The position numbers and the translations under genes are program-made. Positions 17,446 to 25,498 of a stretch of DNA of 32,000 nucleotides are shown piece by piece. The first letter of the stretch is position 1. Each line of letters begins with the position of its first letter. The notes below the pieces were generated by a model, which was not told where the DNA came from, did no database searches, and saw only the letters and a program-made list of their open reading frames with translations. Source of the DNA: Candidatus Lokiarchaeum ossiferum (GTDB lineage Archaea; Asgardarchaeota; Lokiarchaeia; Sigyniarchaeales; Promethearchaeaceae); NCBI GenBank assembly GCA_025839675.1, contig CP104013.1, positions 1,740,001 to 1,772,000 on the forward strand, in the 5' to 3' direction.

Positions 17446-18093
17446 ATGCCAAACTTCGTATTATTCGGTGCACCTGGTGCAGGAAAAGGAACTTTAGCCG
17501 GAAAAATAAAAAAATTTAGCCCCATTGCTCATATTAGCACAGGGGACTTGTTTCGATACAATATTAAAGAAGGAACTCCAATAGGTAAAGAAGCGAAAAG
17601 CTACATTGATGCAGGAAAATTAGTCCCAGATAGTGTAGTTATTGGAATGGTTAAAGACCGAATCGCTTTAGATGATGTGAAAGAACACGGATTCATGTTA
17701 GATGGATTTCCACGCACATTAGATCAAGCTAAAGCCCTAAATGAAATTGCTAAATTGGATGTTGTTGTTGTTTTAGACATTGCCAAGGAAGATTTAAAAA
17801 AACGAATTTTGGGTCGCTGGAGTTGTCCAAAATGTGGTGAAATCTATAATATTTACAATGACGAGTTAAAACCTAAGGTAGAAGGTAAATGTGACAAATG
17901 TGAAGATACTAATCTAACGCACCGTTCTGACGACAATGAAGAAACCTTTGAAAAACGGTGGAACACATATCTTTCCCAATCTGAAGAAGTAATAAATTAC
18001 TACGATAAGACGGAAGGATTAGTAGGAAGAGTTGATGGTACCCGTACAATGTCATATACAGAAGATGAATTACGTAAAATATTGAAATTGTAG
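17446..18093 (+). CDS. adk: Adenylate kinase, long form with Cys4 zinc lid
   Basis: P-loop 'GAPGAGKGT', 'ISTGDLFR', 'GFMLDGFPRT', and lid 'CPKCGEIYN...CDKCED'. Confidence 0.93.
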   Translation: MPNFVLFGAPGAGKGTLAGKIKKFSPIAHISTGDLFRYNIKEGTPIGKEAKSYIDAGKLVPDSVVIGMVKDRIALDDVKEHGFMLDGFPRTLDQAKALNEIAKLDVVVVLDIAKEDLKKRILGRWSCPKCGEIYNIYNDELKPKVEGKCDKCEDTNLTHRSDDNEETFEKRWNTYLSQSEEVINYYDKTEGLVGRVDGTRTMSYTEDELRKILKL

Positions 18094-18107
18094 GGATTTT
18101 ACCATTC

Positions 18108-18120
18108 TTTTTTATTTTTT
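18108..18120 (+). terminator. Two T6 tracts 15 nt after the adk stop
   Basis: 'ttttttatttttt' directly downstream of the TAG at 18091-18093. Confidence 0.3.
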
Positions 18121-18144
18121 CTTGACCTTTTGAAGGAACAACTT

Positions 18145-19206
18145 ATGGGAAAAGTTTTTATCACTGGAGCAACCGGACAAGTTGGAAGTCATTTAGTAGA
18201 GTACTTGTTGGAGAATAAAGCAATGGGCATTGAAAAACCTGAAGATATCCTGTGTTTAGTTAGGACCCCTCAGAAAGCACTGCATTTAAAATCCTTACGA
18301 GTTACAATCATTCAAGGAGATCTAAATGATAAATCTAAAATAATGAAGGAATTTCAAGATCCCACAATTTCTACCATATTTCATGTAGCTGCTAATGTAT
18401 ATGTTTATGCATCCTATGAAGAGATGTATGAAGCAAATGTTCTCGGAACACGTACCCTTCTGAATTGCTTTATAAAATCTGAAATTCCAACATTTATACA
18501 CACAAGCTCTATTATAGTATATAATGCTTCTGCTGCTTCAAGCATTCCAGAAAAAAAGAATTATTTTGAGTTTATTGAAACTTCTCCAATAGGGACATTA
18601 AATCCAGATACAGAGGTTCCATACGCTATCTCAAAAAGAATTGCAGAACTGGAAGTTAAGAAATTTGCAAGGAAATATCCTCACAAAAAATTCATAATAA
18701 CCCGACTGGGACCTATAGTCGGCAGAGGGGATCGCCAAATAGTCCCTTCTCTAGTCAAAGCAAATTCTATAAAAGTTCCAAAATTAATTAATCATGGTCA
18801 AGGAAAACTTTCATTAACAGCGCCAGATGATGTTGCTCGAGCCCAAATATTTCTCGCAAATTTAGAGCATAAGAACAACCCAGAAATATTCAATATTGCG
18901 AATACGCATTTATCATTTAATACATTGTTTTCAATAGTTGCAAAATTCTATGGTAAAAACCCTCCATCAGTTTCAATACCTCTTTGGATTTTTAAACCCA
19001 TAAAACCATTATTGCGATTACTTCAAAAATGTTTCCCAAAAAATGAATTGATGAGAACTTTCTTTTCAGCTTCAGCCTTAGAATATTTAGAAAAAACATA
19101 CCACTATAATTCGGATAAATTACTCGAACTAGGGTTTAAATTTCAAAAACCAATAGATCAAGCGATTTTAGAAGCGATTCAGGAAATTGAGCAAGAAAAA
19201 AAATAA
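18145..19206 (+). CDS. NAD(P)-dependent epimerase/dehydratase (extended SDR)
   Basis: Rossmann 'ITGATGQVGSHLVEYL' and catalytic 'YAISKRIAE' (YxxxK). I prefer ATG 18145 ('MGKVFITGATG') over the TTG at 18130 in the ORF track. Confidence 0.8.
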   Translation: MGKVFITGATGQVGSHLVEYLLENKAMGIEKPEDILCLVRTPQKALHLKSLRVTIIQGDLNDKSKIMKEFQDPTISTIFHVAANVYVYASYEEMYEANVLGTRTLLNCFIKSEIPTFIHTSSIIVYNASAASSIPEKKNYFEFIETSPIGTLNPDTEVPYAISKRIAELEVKKFARKYPHKKFIITRLGPIVGRGDRQIVPSLVKANSIKVPKLINHGQGKLSLTAPDDVARAQIFLANLEHKNNPEIFNIANTHLSFNTLFSIVAKFYGKNPPSVSIPLWIFKPIKPLLRLLQKCFPKNELMRTFFSASALEYLEKTYHYNSDKLLELGFKFQKPIDQAILEAIQEIEQEKK

Positions 19207-19252
19207 AATAAATATAGAGAATTTTATAATCAAGAGAAGGAGAAAACAAAGG

Positions 19253-20131
19253 ATGGAGTATCATTTAGCACCATTAAAAAATATAACTTGCTGGGCTTTT
19301 AGGGCAACATGCAAAGGAGCAACAGATAGTTATACTGAAATGGTGAACATCCATCAATTACTAAATTTAAATTCTGTTAAGTGGGATCTTATTGACACTT
19401 ATCATATTCCAAACCAGAAACAATGGGTCCAGGTTTTAGCCCACACTTACTCCGATTTTGAGAAACTTCCATCAAAATTACACGATTTTTCATCTCAAAA
19501 TCCTGACCGAAATCATATTTTTGGAATAAATATTAATGCTGGATGTCCAGATCAGAATATCATTGGAGCAGGAGAAGGAGCAGCATTACTTCACAACCCA
19601 AATAAAATAAAGGCTATGATAAAAACATTTCTTGGCAAACCAGAATCTCATCCTTATGCCATTAGTGTCAAAATGCGATTGGGTCTTTCTGTTGAAGATT
19701 TAACAAGTAATATATTTGTAGAAATATTAGAAAATATAAAATCTCTGGATGATCCCAGAATCAAACCCACTGTAATTCATTTCAAACATGCAACTCAAAA
19801 ATCAATAGAATTACCACGATGGGATTTGCTCGAAGTCGCATTGGATACACAAAATCCTATAATTATCAACGGAAATATCAGTTCAAAGATGGATATTCAT
19901 ACAATCAAGCAAATTTTACCCCATCGATATCAAAAGGAGTGGAAAACAAAGATCAAAGGGATTATGATAGGAAGAGGAGCAATTAAGAATCCAGATTGTT
20001 TTCTCCAATTTTTATCAAAAGGGCAACACATCTCCCAAAAAGAATGGAAATTACGTTTAAAAGATAATTTATCTAAACATTTACCCGCTAAGAAGTTTTC
20101 AACAACCCTTTCAAGTCATTATAAAATCTGA
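19253..20131 (+). CDS. tRNA-dihydrouridine synthase-like flavoenzyme (Dus family)
   Basis: 'LAPLKNITCWAFR', 'GININAGCP', 'VKMRLG', 'MIGRGAIKNP'. ATG 19253 is preceded by AGGAG. The ORF-track TTG at 19187 would overlap the upstream gene and adds only K/N-rich residues. Confidence 0.65.
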   Translation: MEYHLAPLKNITCWAFRATCKGATDSYTEMVNIHQLLNLNSVKWDLIDTYHIPNQKQWVQVLAHTYSDFEKLPSKLHDFSSQNPDRNHIFGININAGCPDQNIIGAGEGAALLHNPNKIKAMIKTFLGKPESHPYAISVKMRLGLSVEDLTSNIFVEILENIKSLDDPRIKPTVIHFKHATQKSIELPRWDLLEVALDTQNPIIINGNISSKMDIHTIKQILPHRYQKEWKTKIKGIMIGRGAIKNPDCFLQFLSKGQHISQKEWKLRLKDNLSKHLPAKKFSTTLSSHYKI

Positions 20132-20170
20132 AAAAAAAAACCATATCCTAGAAAGAGATACGTTTACTCT

Positions 20171-21241
20171 TCATTTTGTAACTTGTTCAATCCAACCGAA
20201 AATGTCTTCTTTTTCACCATATTGGATTCCAGTTAATTCCGAATATAGGCGTGTGGCAACTGGACCCACTTCAAAATTATTGATTGTATAAGTGATATTT
20301 TTGTAGGTTATAGATCCAACAGGTGCAATAATCGCAGCAGTTCCCATACCGAAGGCTTCTGTAAGTGAACCAGACTTAATCCCTTCAATGACTTCATCAA
20401 TAGTAATTTTTCGCTCGGCAGCAGGTAAATCAAAATGTTTACAGATCTCTAAAATACTCTTTCGTGTGATTCCAGCAAGAATAGACCCTTCCAAAGGAGG
20501 AGTTATCACTTCCCCGTTCATTACAAACGCCATATTCATTGCACCCACTTCTTCAATGTATTTACGCTCTTTTCCATCTAACCATAAAGTTTGGGAAAAC
20601 CCTTTTTGAATTGCTTCATCCGTGGATTTTAATGAAGCAGCGTAATTTCCAGCCGTTTTTGCTTCACCAGTTCCTCCAACCGATGCTCGAACGTATTTAT
20701 CTTCTACTAAAATTTTCACGGGTTTAAAACCCTCTTTAAAATATGGGCCAGATGGACTAAGGATAATAAATAATATATATTTCCGAGCCTTGTGAAGGCC
20801 TAAAAAGGGTTCATTTGCCACCATACATGGACGGATATATAAAGAAGTCCCTAAAGATGCAGGAACCCACGCTTCTTCTAAAATAAGAAGTTCTTTTAAG
20901 GAGGCAAGTAAGTAATCTACATCTATTTCCGGCATGCACATACGAACAGCGCTTCGATTTAAGCGTTTAAAATTTTCCTTAGGTCGGAATAATCGCAACC
21001 CCATCTTTGTACGATAACATTTGAGCCCTTCCCAGACAATTTGTCCGTAATGAAGGCAGGCAGATGCAGGTTCCAAACCTAATATCCCGTATGGTTTAAT
21101 TTCAGCTGGACCCCACCCACCTTTTGCTTCATCATATTCCATATAAAGCATATGGTTTGTAAAAGTGTTCCCAAATCCAAGTTTTGTCTCATCGGTTGGG
21201 GGAGAACGCAGTAAATTTGCTTTTGTAATTTTTAAATTCAT
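20171..21241 (-). CDS. ilvE: Branched-chain amino acid aminotransferase, long (~355 aa) form, copy 1
   Basis: 'LHYGQIVWEGLKCY', 'LYIRP', PLP-lysine region 'GEAKTAGNYAAS', 'EVGAMNM', 'GITR', 'GMGTAA'. Confidence 0.9.
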   Translation of the reverse strand: MNLKITKANLLRSPPTDETKLGFGNTFTNHMLYMEYDEAKGGWGPAEIKPYGILGLEPASACLHYGQIVWEGLKCYRTKMGLRLFRPKENFKRLNRSAVRMCMPEIDVDYLLASLKELLILEEAWVPASLGTSLYIRPCMVANEPFLGLHKARKYILFIILSPSGPYFKEGFKPVKILVEDKYVRASVGGTGEAKTAGNYAASLKSTDEAIQKGFSQTLWLDGKERKYIEEVGAMNMAFVMNGEVITPPLEGSILAGITRKSILEICKHFDLPAAERKITIDEVIEGIKSGSLTEAFGMGTAAIIAPVGSITYKNITYTINNFEVGPVATRLYSELTGIQYGEKEDIFGWIEQVTK

Positions 21242-21276
21242 CTAATCAAATCCTAAGATATAAAAAAAATTTAACT

Positions 21277-22338
21277 CTATACTTTTTCAACCCACCCAAA
21301 AGTATCTTCCAAATCACCTGTTTGAATGCCAGTTAATTCGTCATATAATTCTTGAGTGATTTTTCCAATTTTATTATTATTAATTTCATAGGTTTGATCT
21401 TTATATGTGATTGACCCCACAGGAGAAATCACAGCAGCAGTTCCTGTTCCAAAAGCTTCTGACAATTTTCCATCCTTAGCGCCAGCAATTACTTCATCAA
21501 TCGATAGTTTTCGCTCTTCGACAGGAATTCCCTTTTTCTTCAATAATTGAATCACGCTATCTCGGGTTATACCAGGTAATATGGATCCTTCATCCAATGC
21601 AGCAGTTATAACTTTACCATCAAGAACAAACATCATATTCATTGCACCAACTTCCTCAACATATTTTCGTTCTTTTCCATCCAACCATAATACTTGAGAA
21701 AAGCCCTTTTTTGCAGCTTCCAATCCTGATTTCATAGAAGCTGCATAATTACCTGCAGTTTTCGCATTTCCAACACCACCAGCAACAGCTCGAACATATT
21801 TATCCTCAACCATAATTTTAATTGGAGCAAAACCTTCTGCATAATATGCACCAACAGGTCCCACAATAATATAAAAGATATATTCATTTGAAGGATGAAC
21901 ACCCAAGAAGGCTTCACTACCTATCATAGTTGGACGAATATATAAAGCGGTTCCTTTGGAAGTTGGAACCCAATCTTTTTCAATTCGCAATAATTCTTTT
22001 AAGCCCTCCATTACAATATCAATATCTATTTGAGCCATGACCATGCGTTCAGCGCTCCGGTTCATGCGTTTAAAATTTTCACGAGGACGGAACAATTGAA
22101 GACCTTCTTTTGTAGAATAACATTTCATTCCTTCAAAAATCAATTGTCCATAGTGCAAACTACAACATGCAGGATCTAATTCCAAATTACCATAAGGTTT
22201 TATTTCTACTGGACCCCATTGTCCATCTTTATAATGCATAATTAGCATATGATCTGAGAATATTTTCCCAAATCCTAAGGTCGATTCGTCTACAGGTTTT
22301 TTTTTTAGAGTATGTGATTTTGTAATTTTTATTGCCAT
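21277..22338 (-). CDS. ilvE: Branched-chain amino acid aminotransferase, long form, copy 2 (tandem paralog)
   Basis: 'LHYGQLIFEGMKCY', 'LYIRP', 'GNAKTAGNYAAS', 'EVGAMNM', 'GITR', 'GTGTAA'. Collinear with copy 1 over its full length. Confidence 0.9.
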   Translation of the reverse strand: MAIKITKSHTLKKKPVDESTLGFGKIFSDHMLIMHYKDGQWGPVEIKPYGNLELDPACCSLHYGQLIFEGMKCYSTKEGLQLFRPRENFKRMNRSAERMVMAQIDIDIVMEGLKELLRIEKDWVPTSKGTALYIRPTMIGSEAFLGVHPSNEYIFYIIVGPVGAYYAEGFAPIKIMVEDKYVRAVAGGVGNAKTAGNYAASMKSGLEAAKKGFSQVLWLDGKERKYVEEVGAMNMMFVLDGKVITAALDEGSILPGITRDSVIQLLKKKGIPVEERKLSIDEVIAGAKDGKLSEAFGTGTAAVISPVGSITYKDQTYEINNNKIGKITQELYDELTGIQTGDLEDTFGWVEKV

Positions 22339-22488
22339 GATTGACCACTTTTATTATACTTTTAAAATATTGTAATTTAATTTATGAATCGCAAAAAAAC
22401 AATTCTTGTTACTAAAAGATTTGTTTTTGTATAAAAATGCGACAAAAAATTAATATTAGCGTTTTTCTGACCTCTTTTTTCCATCATT

Positions 22489-22528
22489 AATTTCTTGACC
22501 AGAAGATATAATTTTTGATCAAGAAATT
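22489..22528. repeat. Perfect 10-bp inverted repeat AATTTCTTGA / TCAAGAAATT with a 20-nt spacer in a divergent intergenic region
   Basis: Arms at 22489-22498 and 22519-22528 are exact reverse complements. Confidence 0.5.
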
Positions 22529-22768
22529 GAACTAATGGAAAACAAGTAAATCAAATATCAATCGATTTTTTCTTCCTTTTTTCAAAATTTATGGCCATTT
22601 TTAGATAAATTCCAAAAGATAGTTTTCTATCTTTGTTTGCAGAAATAAATTTCGCATGAAAATCATTCTTGGAATTGTCTCAAAAAAATCGAATAAATAG
22701 GATGGATTGTGTTTCTCATATAATCAAAGATTCTTTTTTTTTTGAAAAAATTCAAGGTTTAGAATATC

Positions 22769-23206
22769 ATGATAACATCAAATGTGGAACCATTAAAGTA
22801 CCAAGAAGAAGAAATATTTACATGTATTACTTTTTCAAGCACTAAACTGGGTCCGCGGCTGGTAGGAAATGCATCTGATTGGGGATTAAAGCATTTTTCC
22901 AAGGAAACATTATTTTCTGTCATTCATGATAGTCTTTTGATTCGTTCTCCTAAAGCATTGCTCTTTATTAATAATGTTTTTGGTGAATCCTTTAGGATTT
23001 ATGTATTGAAATACAATAGGAGATTTTATGACTATCGTTATCAAGGAGATTCATTTTCAATTTGTGTTTTTGTACCATCATCATTCAAAGGAATCGTTCA
23101 ATTAGATAAATCAATAGAATCATTCGATTGGACCCAATTCATTAGTTCATCAGGCTCAATTGAGAAATTGGTTGAAGAATTACACAAAAAGATGCATATG
23201 AAATGA
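22769..23206 (+). CDS. Hypothetical 145-aa alpha/beta protein
   Basis: Clean ORF with an ATG start. It shows alternating beta-like ('IFTCITFS', 'FRIYVLKY', 'FSICVFVP') and helical segments. No family recognised. Confidence 0.5.
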   Translation: MITSNVEPLKYQEEEIFTCITFSSTKLGPRLVGNASDWGLKHFSKETLFSVIHDSLLIRSPKALLFINNVFGESFRIYVLKYNRRFYDYRYQGDSFSICVFVPSSFKGIVQLDKSIESFDWTQFISSSGSIEKLVEELHKKMHMK

Positions 23207-23217
23207 TGGTATTCTTT

Positions 23218-23664
23218 TTAGAATAAGTAATTTCTTACCCTATCACTTGGTGTATAGCATTCATCAGAAAATACATCATCAATCGTGCCTAAGAATTGTT
23301 GATATCTGTCCACTACCATTATATTAGATGGAAAAGAAGCAGGATATCTTAATTCAAATTTATGGAATAATTCATCTAAAAGAGAACTAATTATGTCTTT
23401 TGAAGATTTTCTATCGTCGATGGCATATAAAAAAATATTAGACCTGCTTTTTGGAGAAGGAATTTGAAAAATGATACGATAATTATCGTTATCCAGCATC
23501 TCCACCTCCCCTTTCAGAACAACTTTTGACATTTTTTGAATGCTATTGATAATATGAGACCTTTTTTGAATATTAAGAGTTTTCTGCGCCTTTTTAAGAG
23601 GATAAAAAGATTTAGATAAAACCAATAATGAATTCTCAAAAATGCCCACTTCCAAAACAGTCAT
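23218..23664 (-). CDS. Longin-like domain protein (148 aa)
   Basis: Pattern 'VLEVGIFENSLLVLSKSF' (b1-b2), 'RSHIINSIQKMSKVV' (a1), 'YRIIFQI', 'IFLYAIDDRKSSKDIISSLLDELFHKFELRY' (b-a2). It shares the 'LL.L.KSF' element with the N-terminus of 7724-8698. Confidence 0.5.
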   Translation of the reverse strand: MTVLEVGIFENSLLVLSKSFYPLKKAQKTLNIQKRSHIINSIQKMSKVVLKGEVEMLDNDNYRIIFQIPSPKSRSNIFLYAIDDRKSSKDIISSLLDELFHKFELRYPASFPSNIMVVDRYQQFLGTIDDVFSDECYTPSDRVRNYLF

Positions 23665-23920
23665 AAAATCCTCATTTCCACTAAATTAGACAAGTGATAA
23701 TAATAGTATAGTTTATTGTAACAAAAAGTCTTGCAAAATCCAAATTTTGCGATAGAGCGATCAAATTCTTTTAAATTTACTGATTGCTTAAATATGATGA
23801 ATTTAAAAAAAAGTTCCCAAAATAATTAGCATTTCTATTTAATTAAAAAAGAAACATACAAAACCATATGAAATCTCATACGAAAGATATTTACGTAATA
23901 AGGAAAATTTAATATTAATA

Positions 23921-24286
23921 ATGAGTTCTTCAAAAAAAATATTGATTATTGATGATGAATTAAGCTTGTTAAAGATCATGGGTAAATTTCTACAAAAAAT
24001 GGGGCACTCTTCGATTACTGCAGAAAATGGACGAAAAGGAATTTCATTATTTGGAGATGATCCTTCTTCTTTTGATGCAGTTTTCATTGATTATAATTTA
24101 CCTGAACTTTCAAGCCATGAAATCGTTAAAGAATTACGAAGTTTAAACTCAGAGATAAAAGTGATCTTATCTACGGGATTTGCTGTTGATGATATTAGTA
24201 AAGAATTCGATCAAATAGGCATTAATGGGACTCTTCAAAAACCATTTGCATTTAATGATTTCAAACAAATTATCGAACAACTTTAA
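23921..24286 (+). CDS. Stand-alone response-regulator receiver (CheY-like)
   Basis: Acidic pocket 'ILIIDDE', phospho-acceptor 'VFIDYNLP', 'ILSTGF' (conserved T) and 'LQKPF' (conserved K). 121 aa with no output domain. Confidence 0.88.
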   Translation: MSSSKKILIIDDELSLLKIMGKFLQKMGHSSITAENGRKGISLFGDDPSSFDAVFIDYNLPELSSHEIVKELRSLNSEIKVILSTGFAVDDISKEFDQIGINGTLQKPFAFNDFKQIIEQL

Positions 24287-24333
24287 AAAATGGCAAGCAA
24301 AATTATTTTTTATGTGCTATCTTAATAGTAATT

Positions 24334-25176
24334 ATGAAGATTGACATCACTGAAATAGAAGATGGTTTAGAAGGAAATTGGTGGCATTATATAAAGAGTT
24401 CCGATTTCTCATTCCAAACTCGAATTCCTCAATTGAATAGTTTAGAGGCAAATGAAGACGATATTTTGATCCATAAACAAATTTTAGAAGGTGAATCTTT
24501 TCCCACAAAAAGATTTCATTTAATTATGGATGGAGAAGCATTTCAAGTTGAAGGTAATGAAATTAGAGAAACCTTAGCAAGAAAACTGGCCATTTTTATT
24601 CAACAAAATAAAAAATTACCTTTTGGATGTACGTATAAAAAAATTCAAAAAAATAACACTATCATTATTCAATACAATCCAAATGGGTTTGATAGTTTTC
24701 AGCTGAAAATTAAACCTGAGGATATGGAACTAGAAGATTCAGATATTGAAAAATTATTTAGCTCTATGGAAACTGAAAAAGTAAATGCATTGGCGACATC
24801 TGAAGATGCCACATTTACCATTGATCCGATTACAGAAGATCCGTTGTTAGAACAAGTGTCAATGGAAAGTGGAAAAAGTAAGGTTTTTGTAGTAGAAGGA
24901 AAAATAATTGCTATTGATTTGCGAAAATCTTTCTTTCAAGGGAATGAGACAATATTTTACCTTCTTCAGCTAGAAGGAGGAAAAATTGCTCCAGATAATA
25001 AGAAAAATACTTTGCAAAGAGATTTTTCATTGATTAATGCGAAATGTAGTGAAAATGCAATGAAAAAATTTGAATTACAAACAGGAAATATAGTATCTTT
25101 TAATGGAAAAGTAAAAATGGATAAGAAATTAAAATTAATAGTTCAAAACATCCGCAAGTTTGATGAAAAAACATAG
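24334..25176 (+). CDS. Hypothetical protein with a possible C-terminal OB-fold
   Basis: The C-terminal ~100 aa ('VFVVEGKIIAIDLRK...IFYLLQLEGGKI...GNIVSFNGKVKMDKKLKLIVQNI') look like a five-strand OB barrel. The N-terminal ~170 aa are unrecognised. It lies 47 nt downstream of the receiver gene. Confidence 0.45.
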   Translation: MKIDITEIEDGLEGNWWHYIKSSDFSFQTRIPQLNSLEANEDDILIHKQILEGESFPTKRFHLIMDGEAFQVEGNEIRETLARKLAIFIQQNKKLPFGCTYKKIQKNNTIIIQYNPNGFDSFQLKIKPEDMELEDSDIEKLFSSMETEKVNALATSEDATFTIDPITEDPLLEQVSMESGKSKVFVVEGKIIAIDLRKSFFQGNETIFYLLQLEGGKIAPDNKKNTLQRDFSLINAKCSENAMKKFELQTGNIVSFNGKVKMDKKLKLIVQNIRKFDEKT

Positions 25177-25216
25177 AAACTTGATGGAAAGCATTGCCGG
25201 GGATATTTCTTGGAAA

Positions 25217-25486
25217 TTAAATCTTCACTTTGAAACCAGAATAAGATTCTTTTTTTTGTAAGAATTTATGATCAACCTTACTAACATGAGAATATTTCGG
25301 ACCTTGCTGGAGCCAATCCAATAAAGCATTCAATTTTGATTTTTCTCCTTGAGCAAGAACTTCCACATTCCCATCTTGTAAATTTCTAACCCACCCAGTT
25401 ATTTCGAGCGAATTTGCCACGTTACAAGTGCTTGCACGGAAAAATACACCTTGAACTCGGCCATGAACAATAGCATGTAATTGAAT
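25217..25486 (-). CDS. acyP: Acylphosphatase (89 aa), proposed ATT start
   Basis: Signature 1 'VHGRVQGVFFR' and signature 2 'GWVRNLQDGNVEVLAQG'. The ORF track starts at GTG 25420 and would delete signature 1. ATT 25486-25484 sits 7 nt after GGAGG. Confidence 0.75.
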   Translation of the reverse strand: MQLHAIVHGRVQGVFFRASTCNVANSLEITGWVRNLQDGNVEVLAQGEKSKLNALLDWLQQGPKYSHVSKVDHKFLQKKESYSGFKVKI

Positions 25487-25493
25487 AAAATAA

Positions 25494-25498
25494 CCTCC
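25494..25498 (-). promoter_or_regulatory. Shine-Dalgarno GGAGG for the acylphosphatase, overlapping the upstream TAG stop
   Basis: The minus strand reads TAGGAGGTTATTTTATTCAA. The TAG (25500-25498) is the stop of 25498-26685, and a 7-nt spacer leads to ATT. Confidence 0.65.

Noticed and set aside
23839-24087. 82-aa minus-strand ORF overlapping the start of the receiver gene
   Set aside because: It is antisense to a gene with unambiguous CheY-like motifs. The intergenic part is AT-rich noise.
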